The notes under the pieces: generated by a model | Told to the model about the DNA's origin: nothing | What the model saw: only the letters and a program-made list of their open reading frames with translations | Databases searched by the model: none | Shown: positions 48,481 through 56,498 of the stretch, piece after piece | How positions within the stretch are numbered: position 1 is the stretch's first letter | How the letters are laid out: each line of letters starts with the position of its first letter | Source: Bacillota bacterium | Lineage (GTDB): Bacteria > Bacillota > Dethiobacteria > DTU022 | Length of the DNA stretch: 64,000 bases | Assembly: GCA_019428945.1 (NCBI GenBank) | Contig: JAHYJM010000005.1 | Location: 1,562-65,561 of the forward strand | Direction: 5' to 3' | Position numbers and translations under genes: made by a program

Positions 48481-49380
48481 TTATTCCAATCCGTAACCTG
48501 GGAAGAAGAGTGTCTCGCCGTTAACCTGGTAAGAATTGATCAGGTTTTGCCCTTCTTCCGACATGAGGAATTCTACGTACATCATGGCATATTCGTACTT
48601 AATGCCCTCATGTAATTCAGGATTGACAGCCATGACGCCATACTGGTTAAAAAGAACCGGATCGCCTTCCAGCGCTATAACCAGGTCAATACTGTCTTTC
48701 ATTGAAACATAAGTGCCGCGGTCGGTAAGAGTATATCCGAGACGTTCATTGGCATGGTTAATTGTATCGCCCATACCCTGGCCGATTGACTCATACCAGC
48801 TTTCGCCTGCCGGATCAATACCGGCTGCTTCCCAGAGACGCAGTTCCATCCGGTGCGTTCCAGAATCATCGCCCCGTGATACAAAGATAGCGCCGCTGTC
48901 GGCAATTAAAGACATCGCTTCTGCTGCAGTTGTTACACCACCCACGCCAGCTGGATCCTCAGCAGGGCCAACAAAGATAAAGTCATTATACATGACATCA
49001 TAACGGTCTACAAAATAACCATCCTCTACGCCCTGCAGTTCTGATCCCCGATCGTGAACAAGCAAAACGTCAGCATCTCCACTGCGGCCGGTTTCCAACG
49101 CGGCCCCGGTGCCCTGGGAAACCACCCTGACTTCGAGGCCAGTTTGTTCTGTAAAAATTGGGTTAAGAAAATCGAGCAGGCCTGAATCATAGGTGCTAGT
49201 TGTGGTAGCCAGGATAATAAAGTCATCAATTAGCTCAACTTCTTCTTCCGGTGTGGTTTCTTCTTCAACCGGTTCTTCAACCGGGGCTCCTTCTTCTGCG
49301 CATCCGGCAAAGAATAAAAGTGCTGCCATAAGCATTAAACCAAATAAAAGCTTAAACTGAATTGAACTACGGTTAAACAT
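48481..49380 (-). CDS. tupA: Tungstate-binding lipoprotein
   Basis: Lipobox FAGC, TupA signature ATTTSTYDSGLL, GTG, SRGDDSGTH motifs. Confidence 0.93.
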   Translation of the reverse strand: MFNRSSIQFKLLFGLMLMAALLFFAGCAEEGAPVEEPVEEETTPEEEVELIDDFIILATTTSTYDSGLLDFLNPIFTEQTGLEVRVVSQGTGAALETGRSGDADVLLVHDRGSELQGVEDGYFVDRYDVMYNDFIFVGPAEDPAGVGGVTTAAEAMSLIADSGAIFVSRGDDSGTHRMELRLWEAAGIDPAGESWYESIGQGMGDTINHANERLGYTLTDRGTYVSMKDSIDLVIALEGDPVLFNQYGVMAVNPELHEGIKYEYAMMYVEFLMSEEGQNLINSYQVNGETLFFPGYGLE

Positions 49381-49468
49381 TAAAAGTCCACTCTCCTCTT
49401 GGTAGTATATTAATTAATACTATGCTTTAATCCGCTGGAAAGATGGTCGTGGCATACAACCACGAGAG

Positions 49469-49565
49469 CCTTCTTTCCGCAACGGGAGGCACAGCTGTTT
49501 CCGGCCGTACCCCAGCCTGCTATTCATGACGCTGCAAGATCGCTTTAGAATGAACAGGTCGAAGG
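49469..49565 (-). ncRNA. Moco/Tuco riboswitch (copy proximal to tupA)
   Basis: Minus strand CCTTCGA...CTAA...ATG...GGGGT...GGAAAC...CCTCCCG...GGAAAGAAGG; P1 CCTTC/GAAGG, GAAA tetraloop on P4, no room for P3. Confidence 0.85.
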
Positions 49566-49619
49566 TAAAACTTTTAGAAATGCTTTATTCCTTAACACTT
49601 CACCCCCCTTGTTTGGTCA

Positions 49620-49660
49620 ACAAAAAAAATCGCAGTTTCCCATGGGTAAGTGCGATTTTA
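49620..49660 (-). terminator. Intrinsic terminator (expression platform) of the riboswitch at 49676-49773
   Basis: Minus strand AAAATCGCA...TGCGATTTT continuing into a long T-run. Confidence 0.75.
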
Positions 49661-49675
49661 ATAACTTTCCTTGAT

Positions 49676-49773
49676 CCTTCTTTCCGCAATGGGAGGCCCG
49701 GCCGTTTCCAGCTAAACCCTGTCGTCCACCTTTCGTAGCAACATGTAGTGCTTTAGATACAGTGGATCGAAGG
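49676..49773 (-). ncRNA. Moco/Tuco riboswitch (promoter-proximal copy of the tandem pair)
   Basis: Same conserved blocks; close paralogue of the copy at 52093-52190. Confidence 0.88.
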
Positions 49774-49798
49774 TTATTATTTAATTGTTAGCAAGCAC

Positions 49799-49827
49799 AC
49801 TATATCAGGATATTTAAACCATGTCAA
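49799..49827 (-). promoter_or_regulatory. SigmaA-type promoter of the tup leader
   Basis: TTGACA-N17-TATAGT. Confidence 0.75.
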
Positions 49828-49890
49828 CTTTGGCAGGTGATCAAAACCGGGCTGGTTTTGCCAGGTTGTTATAAAAAAATATCCTGATTT

Positions 49891-50766
49891 TTAGGCTTTA
49901 CCTACCTTTCCCTTATCCTCTATGGCAGCAGGAACATCTTCACGGTAGATGGTGGAACCGACTTCTCCTCCATCAAGTGCACTGCTAATACTTCCCGGTA
50001 CAAGCCCGTTGATAATCCGGATCTCTTTCAAGTTTTTGGCTGAAAGCAGGTATTCAAGTACGGCTCTTTCAATTACCAGGTCTTCCAAATCTCTTTCGAT
50101 TAAATCTTTTGCGCTGATTCTGGGAATCAACTCCGCATTTGAGTCAATTTTAGGATTATCCGTATAGAGCCCATCGACATCTTTGACATAGATACATTGC
50201 TTTGCGCCGATGACTTCTGCGAGCAAAAATGCTCCCACATCTGTGCGGTTCTGAGGCAATCGTCCTTCAGTCGGGAGCGGCTCCCAGTATCCGTAGGGAG
50301 GCATGCCGTGAACAACAGGAATGCATCCCTGGGCAAAATAGGCACCCAGCTTGGGTATGTCATCGTGGCCGATTTTAATTCCCCCGTAAGGGCTAAGCAG
50401 GGTGGAAAGGATTAACGCATTCTGTTCAGATACGCTCTGACCCAACTTTGCTATTATACCTGTGGGCATTCCCAGCTCCATGGCTATAGCGTAAACGTGG
50501 CGGGAACGAGTGCCTCCGCCAGTAGAGATTATCATTTTATGCTTTTTTGCGTTACTGACGATCTCTTCTATAATTGGTATTACTGCTTTAGCTCCGATGT
50601 CGGTAATACTTTGACCGCCGACTTTCAATACGCTGACATCGGGGAATACCTTGAAAGGTTCACCATATTCAAGACTTTTTAAAAAAGACTTACCAACCAG
50701 TGATTCACCCATCAGCTTGCTTTTCAGGTGAAGCCTTTTACTGTCTTTTTCCCGAATTAAAGCCAT
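49891..50766 (-). CDS. Molybdenum/tungsten storage protein (MosA/MosB-like, amino-acid-kinase fold)
   Basis: KVGGQS, TGGGTRSRH, EQNA, GMPPY, RTDVGAFLLAE, KDVDGLYT match Azotobacter MoSto subunits as I recall them; lies beside tupABC. Confidence 0.85.
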   Translation of the reverse strand: MALIREKDSKRLHLKSKLMGESLVGKSFLKSLEYGEPFKVFPDVSVLKVGGQSITDIGAKAVIPIIEEIVSNAKKHKMIISTGGGTRSRHVYAIAMELGMPTGIIAKLGQSVSEQNALILSTLLSPYGGIKIGHDDIPKLGAYFAQGCIPVVHGMPPYGYWEPLPTEGRLPQNRTDVGAFLLAEVIGAKQCIYVKDVDGLYTDNPKIDSNAELIPRISAKDLIERDLEDLVIERAVLEYLLSAKNLKEIRIINGLVPGSISSALDGGEVGSTIYREDVPAAIEDKGKVGKA

Positions 50767-50818
50767 ACTTAGTCATTATCCTTCCAGGTTAATAAATTTA
50801 GGTTGCACAATGAACACA

Positions 50819-51043
50819 TTAATCATCATCTTCATCATCTAGATCGTCATTATGTTTGCCGGCTTCAAGGTAAACCACTTCTGCGCCTACAGCATCGGCT
50901 ATCTGCTCAACTTCCATCTTCCGAATATGCTTAATTTTGAACTTTACGTCAACGTCAGTTACTGCTACTATGGCGAAACGCGGTTTTTTCTCGCCATCTT
51001 TAACCTTTCGGCGTTCGCGAATAAAAATTTTCCCGCTACCCAT
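50819..51043 (-). CDS. Small hypothetical protein with basic N-terminus and acidic tail
   Basis: Strong SD AGGAGGTG, 74 aa, co-oriented with the storage-protein gene. Confidence 0.75.
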   Translation of the reverse strand: MGSGKIFIRERRKVKDGEKKPRFAIVAVTDVDVKFKIKHIRKMEVEQIADAVGAEVVYLEAGKHNDDLDDEDDD

Positions 51044-51086
51044 CTCATCACCTCCTAAATAGCATTATTAAGAATAGATTTAACTT

Positions 51087-51115
51087 ATTATAATATATTA
51101 AATTCTTTATGTCAC
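51087..51115 (-). promoter_or_regulatory. Putative sigmaA promoter for the small gene and storage protein
   Basis: GTGACA-N17-TATAAT. Confidence 0.55.
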
Positions 51116-51129
51116 AATTATATCTATTT

Positions 51130-51885
51130 TTAATGATGCCGGCGAAGGTATTCCATGGGACAGGTTTGCCAGGAAGCCTGCTTATTGATATCATGATTCG
51201 GAACAACCAATAAAACTTTACGGTTGTTGATTAAAACGCCCTTCACTTTTTCCCCTAGTTTAATAACTGTATCATCTGAAAGTATCATGCCGGATAAATC
51301 CTCAACTGAGTCTATGGCAGTAGAATTTAGAAGAACCTTAACTGAAGTTGTTTCACCCGGTTTACCCAGTTCATACTTTCCCCTAAAACGCCCATCGCTG
51401 CCGCTTAATCGTAAACCTACCCCGGCCAGAGCTCCAATTACTCCATGGCCGGTTCCGCCATGTTCTGATAATCGTATATTTAGTGATGCAGCGAGATCAT
51501 AGGCGCTCGACTTGCTTAGGACTTCAACCTTAGCTCTACGGCCAAATCCAACTAAAGCCTCTTTTTGTTGATCGGAGAGAATATCAGCATTTGCCAGACA
51601 AAATCCCGGATCAGATCCGTTAGCTCTATATTGAACGAGAAGTTTGGGAAATAACTTTAAGAGCATTTCGGACCTTTTGGTATCCACTTCTGTCGTCACT
51701 GACATGGCGCTGTTATGAGAAGTATAAGGGATGGAAGGGTGAACGAAAAGCTGATGCCTCACCACTCCTGAAAAAGCGATCCCACTGTTAGCCTCAATTT
51801 CACTGACAATCTTTGTCAGCAGGCGCCCTGTTCCCATTTCTGTTGTATGGTTGTCCGTGTCATCTATGCCAATGATAACTTTCAT
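51130..51885 (-). CDS. Uncharacterised protein resembling the N-terminal domain of TiaS (GIDDTD family)
   Basis: IGIDDTD, RHQL...IPYTSHNS, SDPG, GVIGALA motifs. Confidence 0.7.
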   Translation of the reverse strand: MKVIIGIDDTDNHTTEMGTGRLLTKIVSEIEANSGIAFSGVVRHQLFVHPSIPYTSHNSAMSVTTEVDTKRSEMLLKLFPKLLVQYRANGSDPGFCLANADILSDQQKEALVGFGRRAKVEVLSKSSAYDLAASLNIRLSEHGGTGHGVIGALAGVGLRLSGSDGRFRGKYELGKPGETTSVKVLLNSTAIDSVEDLSGMILSDDTVIKLGEKVKGVLINNRKVLLVVPNHDINKQASWQTCPMEYLRRHH

Positions 51886-52039
51886 TGTTTTATTCCACCA
51901 TCACTATCAGTTTTAAGCAAAAAATAGAGCTGATTTTTTTGCCGGCAAACTTTCCAACTACTTTGCAGTCAGAAAAACCATTGTTTTTTAAGTATTCCCT
52001 GCTAAACAAAATATTTCCTCCAGGGCATAATTAAAGACT

Positions 52040-52073
52040 AAAAAATCGCATCTTCCCGGTGAGAAATGCGATC
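52040..52073 (-). terminator. Intrinsic terminator downstream of the riboswitch at 52093-52190
   Basis: Minus strand ATCGCAT...ATGCGAT followed by a T-run. Confidence 0.7.
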
Positions 52074-52092
52074 AATTTATACTTGTGGTGAT

Positions 52093-52190
52093 CCTTCTTT
52101 CCGCAACGGGAGGCGCGGCCGTTTCCAGCCGAACCCTGTCGTCCACCTTTCATAGCAGTATCAAGTGCCTTAGAAACAGTAGATCGAAGG
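52093..52190 (-). ncRNA. Moco/Tuco riboswitch (copy 3)
   Basis: CCTTCGA...CTAAG...CTATG...AGGGT-CGGCTG-GAAA-CGGCCG...CCTCCCG...GGAAAGAAGG; only CGAC between P2 and P4. Confidence 0.88.
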
Positions 52191-52299
52191 TGATACATAT
52201 TTGATTGTTAACTACACTATGCATTTTATAACAAATATCTTAATTGGTCAAGAAAATTGATCAATATTACTTTGTTTTGGGTAGTTTTTTTGGGTTTGT

Positions 52300-52328
52300 T
52301 TGACAAAGCATTACCAGCGTGTTAAAAT
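52300..52328 (+). promoter_or_regulatory. SigmaA promoter of rplU
   Basis: TTGACA-N17-TAAAAT with extended -10 TG. Confidence 0.75.
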
Positions 52329-52335
52329 CTCGATT

Positions 52336-52405
52336 AGACTTATAACCGCACGAAGAAGGTCCAAAATGCCCCGCAAAGCATTGGGCTACCAGCTTCGGCG
52401 AGTCC
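52336..52405 (+). ncRNA. L21 ribosomal protein leader
   Basis: ACCGCAC...AGG...ACC...GGCGAGTC pattern upstream of rplU. Confidence 0.65.
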
Positions 52406-52422
52406 TTACGGGGGGTTTGTTT

Positions 52423-52734
52423 ATGTACGCAATTATTGAAACGGGCGGTAAGCAGTACCGCGCTGAAGAAGGCAAAATTGTTCGCGTGGAAAAGCTGCCG
52501 GCTGAAAAAGGTGAAGCAGTAAAGTTTGAAAAAGTTTTAATGTGTGTCAATGAAGAAGAAACACAGGTAGGAAAGCCTTATCTCGAAGGCTGCAAGGTTG
52601 ACGGGAAGGTTGTTGGAGTAGGCCGCGGGCGAAAGATTATTGTCTTCAAGTTTAAACCGAAGAAGAATTACCGCCGTAAACAAGGCCATCGCCAGCCTTA
52701 TACCGATGTTCTAATCAACAGTATCAGTATTTAA
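52423..52734 (+). CDS. rplU: 50S ribosomal protein L21
   Basis: [12 protein letters not shown]...GHRQPYT. Confidence 0.98.
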   Translation: MYAIIETGGKQYRAEEGKIVRVEKLPAEKGEAVKFEKVLMCVNEEETQVGKPYLEGCKVDGKVVGVGRGRKIIVFKFKPKKNYRRKQGHRQPYTDVLINSISI

Positions 52735-52783
52735 ATAAAATATTATTAAAATCATATGACAATCGGAAAGAGAGGTGTCATAA

Positions 52784-53056
52784 ATGGCTCATAAAAAAGG
52801 TGTAGGCAGTTCACGCAACGGTCGCGACAGCAACGCAAAAAGGCTTGGCGTCAAACGTTATGGCGGACAGATGGTTAAAGCCGGCAGTATCCTCATCCGG
52901 CAGAGGGGAACCAGGTTCCACCCCGGAATTAATGTGGGAAAAGGCAGTGACGATACGCTTTTTGCAACGGTTGATGGGCGAGTGACATTTGAATATAATG
53001 GTCGTGCCAAGAAACAGGTTAGTGTTTATCCTGAAGAAAGTGCAGCAGCTAACTAG
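52784..53056 (+). CDS. rpmA: 50S ribosomal protein L27
   Basis: [21 protein letters not shown]. Confidence 0.98.
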   Translation: MAHKKGVGSSRNGRDSNAKRLGVKRYGGQMVKAGSILIRQRGTRFHPGINVGKGSDDTLFATVDGRVTFEYNGRAKKQVSVYPEESAAAN

Positions 53057-53064
53057 ATCGGCAT

Positions 53065-53093
53065 GGTCCGGGTTTATACCCGGACCTTTCTTT
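53065..53093 (+). terminator. Terminator after rpmA
   Basis: GGTCCGGGT-ttat-ACCCGGACC-TTTCTTT. Confidence 0.7.
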
Positions 53094-53131
53094 ATATCCC
53101 AGTAACCAGCTTTGCAGGTGATCTCAGGCTA

Positions 53132-54412
53132 ATGTTTGTAGATGAAATGGAGCTATCTGTTCGCGGAGGCCGCGGCGGCGACGGTGTGGTTTCGTTCCGC
53201 CGGGAAAAGTATGTTCCCAAGGGCGGCCCCGATGGTGGAGATGGCGGAGACGGCGGAAGTGTATACCTGTGGGCTGATCCCTCCAAACACAGTTTTCTGG
53301 ACCTGCGTTACAAACGAATATTAAAAGCCTCCGACGGAAGCCCGGGACGAAGTAAAAACCAGCATGGCGCTTCAGGGGAGGATCTTTTGGTGCCTGTTCC
53401 CCTGGGCACTATTGTTCGTGATAAAAATAATAAAGTTCTTGCCGACTTGGTTATTGCAGGTCAGCGGGCACTCGTTGCTCCAGGAGGAAAGGGCGGAAAA
53501 GGAAACGCCCGTTTCGCCAGTTCAAGGCGGCGTGCGCCACGTCTGGCTGAGAAGGGGTTACCTGGTTTTGAACGCGAGATCTTTCTCGAGCTCAAACTGA
53601 TGGCTCAGGTAGGCTTGGTAGGATTTCCTAATGCCGGTAAATCGACATTGTTAAGCAGAATAACCGAAGCAAAACCGAAAATTGCTTCTTATCCCTTTAC
53701 TACCCTTACTCCAAATCTTGGTGTTGTTAAAGTTGGAGATGAGGGTAGTTTTGTTGTAGCTGATTTGCCCGGTTTAATTGAAGGCGCAAGCGAAGGAGCC
53801 GGCCTGGGTCACCGTTTTCTACGTCATGTGGAAAGAAACCTTCTTTTACTGTTTCTTATAGACCTGTCCCCTGATGCGCATCCCAAACCTGTAGAAGCTT
53901 ACAGCTTGCTTAAAGGTGAACTTACTGCATTTAGCCCTGGATTAACCGACTACCCCGGAGTTATTGTTGGAAACAAACTTGATGTTGAAGGTAGCGCAGA
54001 TCGTTTTGAAGAGCTGCGTAACTCTGTCGGTGATGCAAAAATAGATGAATTAGCCTTTTTTGCCATTTCAGCAGCTACCGGCCAGGGTGTAAGCAAACTT
54101 CTGAAATATTTATTCACCCGGGTCAATGAATTATCTGAAGGAAAAACCGTGATTGATGAGGAAGAAATAATTAGGGCGTCTGAGAGCGAGCAGCTGCCAC
54201 TGGCTATAGATAAAGTTGAAGATGTTTTTGTGGTAAAAGGCACGGCGATAGAGAAAGCGGCAGCCAGAACTGACTTTGATAACGATGAAGCTTTGTTGCG
54301 TTTTCAGAATTATACCCGTCGGAGCGGCGTTGACAAAGAACTGCGCAGGATGGGTATAAAAGAAGGAGATACGGTGCGCATCGGGGATGAAGAATTTACA
54401 TACTATGAGTAA
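53132..54412 (+). CDS. obgE: GTPase ObgE
   Basis: MFVD start, glycine-rich Obg fold, GFPNAGKS, YPFTT, DLPG, NKLD motifs. Confidence 0.97.
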   Translation: MFVDEMELSVRGGRGGDGVVSFRREKYVPKGGPDGGDGGDGGSVYLWADPSKHSFLDLRYKRILKASDGSPGRSKNQHGASGEDLLVPVPLGTIVRDKNNKVLADLVIAGQRALVAPGGKGGKGNARFASSRRRAPRLAEKGLPGFEREIFLELKLMAQVGLVGFPNAGKSTLLSRITEAKPKIASYPFTTLTPNLGVVKVGDEGSFVVADLPGLIEGASEGAGLGHRFLRHVERNLLLLFLIDLSPDAHPKPVEAYSLLKGELTAFSPGLTDYPGVIVGNKLDVEGSADRFEELRNSVGDAKIDELAFFAISAATGQGVSKLLKYLFTRVNELSEGKTVIDEEEIIRASESEQLPLAIDKVEDVFVVKGTAIEKAAARTDFDNDEALLRFQNYTRRSGVDKELRRMGIKEGDTVRIGDEEFTYYE

Positions 54413-54433
54413 TATTTAAGGAGAGCTGTTAGC

Positions 54434-55081
54434 TTGTTTTTCGAAACAACCAGGAATAAGGCAGGTAAACTCAAAATAGGGCTGATGGGTGGTACTTTTG
54501 ATCCGATTCATGTGGGTCACCTTGTTACTGCAGAGGAAGCAAGACAGCAGTTTGATCTTGATTATGTTATTTTTGTTCCGACAGGTGTTCCTCCCCATAA
54601 AGATAATGAAATGATTTCACTGCCTGAACATCGTTTCCTGATGACTTCGCTGGCTGTAATGTCGAACCCTGCTTTTTTCGTATCGCGAATTGAAATCGAA
54701 CAAAAAGAGCCTACCTTTACTATCGACACGGTCAGGCATTTTGGATCCTGGAAAAACCCGGAACCCGAAATTTTCTTTATTACAGGCGCGGACGCCATAT
54801 TAGAGATCTTTACCTGGAAAGATTATGAAGAGCTACTGAGATTAAGTACATTTATTGCAGTCTCAAGGCCGGGATATTCACTTGACCGCTTCCACGAAAC
54901 CCTTGACCGTACCTGCCCTGACATGCAGCAAAAGGTGCACCTGCTGGAAATACCGGCCTTGGCGGTCTCTTCAACATTTATCAGGGAGCGGGTAGCGTTG
55001 GGCAAAACTATAAAATATTTAACTCCCGAGCCTGTTGAACAGTATATTAAGAAGCATGGGTTATACAGGGTGAGCAGCTAG
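54434..55081 (+). CDS. nadD: Nicotinate-nucleotide adenylyltransferase
   Basis: GGTFDPIHVGH, PPHK, TGAD, SSTFIR motifs. Confidence 0.96.
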   Translation: MFFETTRNKAGKLKIGLMGGTFDPIHVGHLVTAEEARQQFDLDYVIFVPTGVPPHKDNEMISLPEHRFLMTSLAVMSNPAFFVSRIEIEQKEPTFTIDTVRHFGSWKNPEPEIFFITGADAILEIFTWKDYEELLRLSTFIAVSRPGYSLDRFHETLDRTCPDMQQKVHLLEIPALAVSSTFIRERVALGKTIKYLTPEPVEQYIKKHGLYRVSS

Positions 55082-55140
55082 CAGCGCAGGTAGTACAGAC
55101 CTAGTTATAGGTTATAATATAAGCGGAGGTGTCTTATTAG

Positions 55141-55392
55141 ATGGCAAAAACTTTGTATGTGGGGAATATTCCCTGGAGCACCAAAGAAACCGATCTGGAG
55201 CAGTTTTTTTCACAGTATGGTGAAGTACTTGAATGTCGAATTATCACTGAGCGTGCCACCGGGCGTTCCCGTGGATATGGCTTTGTGGAAGTAAACGATG
55301 ATTGTATCGATGATATGCTGGAAAAAACTAATGGCGCTGAACTTGAAGGCCGGAAGCTGGTCGTTAACGAAGCTAAACCGCGCGAACAGTAA
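55141..55392 (+). CDS. RRM (RNP-1) RNA-binding protein
   Basis: RNP2 LYVGNI and RNP1 RGYGFVEV. Confidence 0.93.
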   Translation: MAKTLYVGNIPWSTKETDLEQFFSQYGEVLECRIITERATGRSRGYGFVEVNDDCIDDMLEKTNGAELEGRKLVVNEAKPREQ

Positions 55393-55485
55393 CTATACCG
55401 GTAAGAAGTTGCCGAAGAAGGTCTATAGAAATTATTATTAAGTATTATTACAAAAAAATTATGATTGAAGGTCCGTGGCCGGCTG

Positions 55486-56058
55486 ATGAAACCAGAAGAG
55501 AGCCAAAAATTAATGCAAAAGATCCTCGATGGAAGGCTCTACCGGCATTGTCTTGGAGTGGCTGAGGCGGCTGAAACCCTGGCCTGCCGCTTCGGAGCAG
55601 ACCCAGGCAGGGCTTATGTTGCCGGGATGGTTCATGATTATGGCAAACGTTACAGCTTTCAGGAATTAATTAATAAAGCGGCGGAACTTAAGCTTTCCCT
55701 GGACAGGGTTACAATACGTGAGTGTAAGCTGCTTCATGCTCCTGTGGGAGCCGCTCTAGTTGAGTTGGAACTGGGAATCACCGATCCCGGGATAATAAAG
55801 GCAGTTGCCAGCCATACCACCGGACGGCCGGGGATGACTCTTCTGGAAAAAATTATTTACCTGGCTGACTATATAGAAGCCGGCCGCAGGTATGAAGGCG
55901 TTGAAAAGATTAGAGGAGCAGCAATTAATGATCTTGACGGGGCCCTGCTCATAGCAGTTAATCATGCTTTGAATTCTGTTATAGCCAGGGGATTATTACT
56001 GCACCCGTGTTCTGTCGCTTTTCGTAACAGCCTGCTGGTTGACATCTCCGGCAGGTAA
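55486..56058 (+). CDS. yqeK: YqeK HD-domain Ap4A hydrolase (start uncertain)
   Basis: H...HD...LLHAPVGA...HTTG...ADYIE motifs. Confidence 0.9.
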   Translation: MKPEESQKLMQKILDGRLYRHCLGVAEAAETLACRFGADPGRAYVAGMVHDYGKRYSFQELINKAAELKLSLDRVTIRECKLLHAPVGAALVELELGITDPGIIKAVASHTTGRPGMTLLEKIIYLADYIEAGRRYEGVEKIRGAAINDLDGALLIAVNHALNSVIARGLLLHPCSVAFRNSLLVDISGR

Positions 56059-56085
56059 AGATCAAATCTTTGGAGGTGATGTTAT

Positions 56086-56457
56086 TTGGCACAGGTAACG
56101 GCCGGTGACTCCCGGGAACTGGCCCTCTATGCCGCTGAACTGGCATCGGAAAAGAAAGGACATGAACCATACCTTTTGGAGGTTGGTCAGGTCTCGATTG
56201 TAGCTGATTATTTTTTACTGGTGACCGGAACTACAGCAGTACAGGTGAGATCTATCTGCGATCACCTGACTGAAAAGCTTAAGAAAGAAGGGCTCCAGGC
56301 ACTGCGAATTGAAGGTTACAGTGAAGCCTGGTGGGTAGTGTTAGACTATGGAGCCCTGGTAATACATGTTTTTCAACCAGAGGCAAGGACATTTTATGAC
56401 CTTGAGCGGTTGTGGTGTGAAGCGCCGCAGGTAATGCTTGAGCCGGTTAATGATTAA
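56086..56457 (+). CDS. rsfS: Ribosome silencing factor
   Basis: ADYF, WVVLDYG, HVF, FYDLERLW motifs. Confidence 0.94.
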   Translation: MAQVTAGDSRELALYAAELASEKKGHEPYLLEVGQVSIVADYFLLVTGTTAVQVRSICDHLTEKLKKEGLQALRIEGYSEAWWVVLDYGALVIHVFQPEARTFYDLERLWCEAPQVMLEPVND

Positions 56458-56498
56458 ACATATATAACTTCAGAGTGTTTTTACCTCAGGTGATTATA

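Noticed and set aside
49891..50766. Uridylate kinase (pyrH) call
   Set aside because: Same fold, but the motifs match Mo storage proteins and the context is tup/riboswitch rather than tsf-frr
52300..52422. N-terminally extended L21 (144 aa) in the ORF track
   Set aside because: The TTG is the -35 box and the extension is the promoter/L21 leader; the real start is ATG 52423
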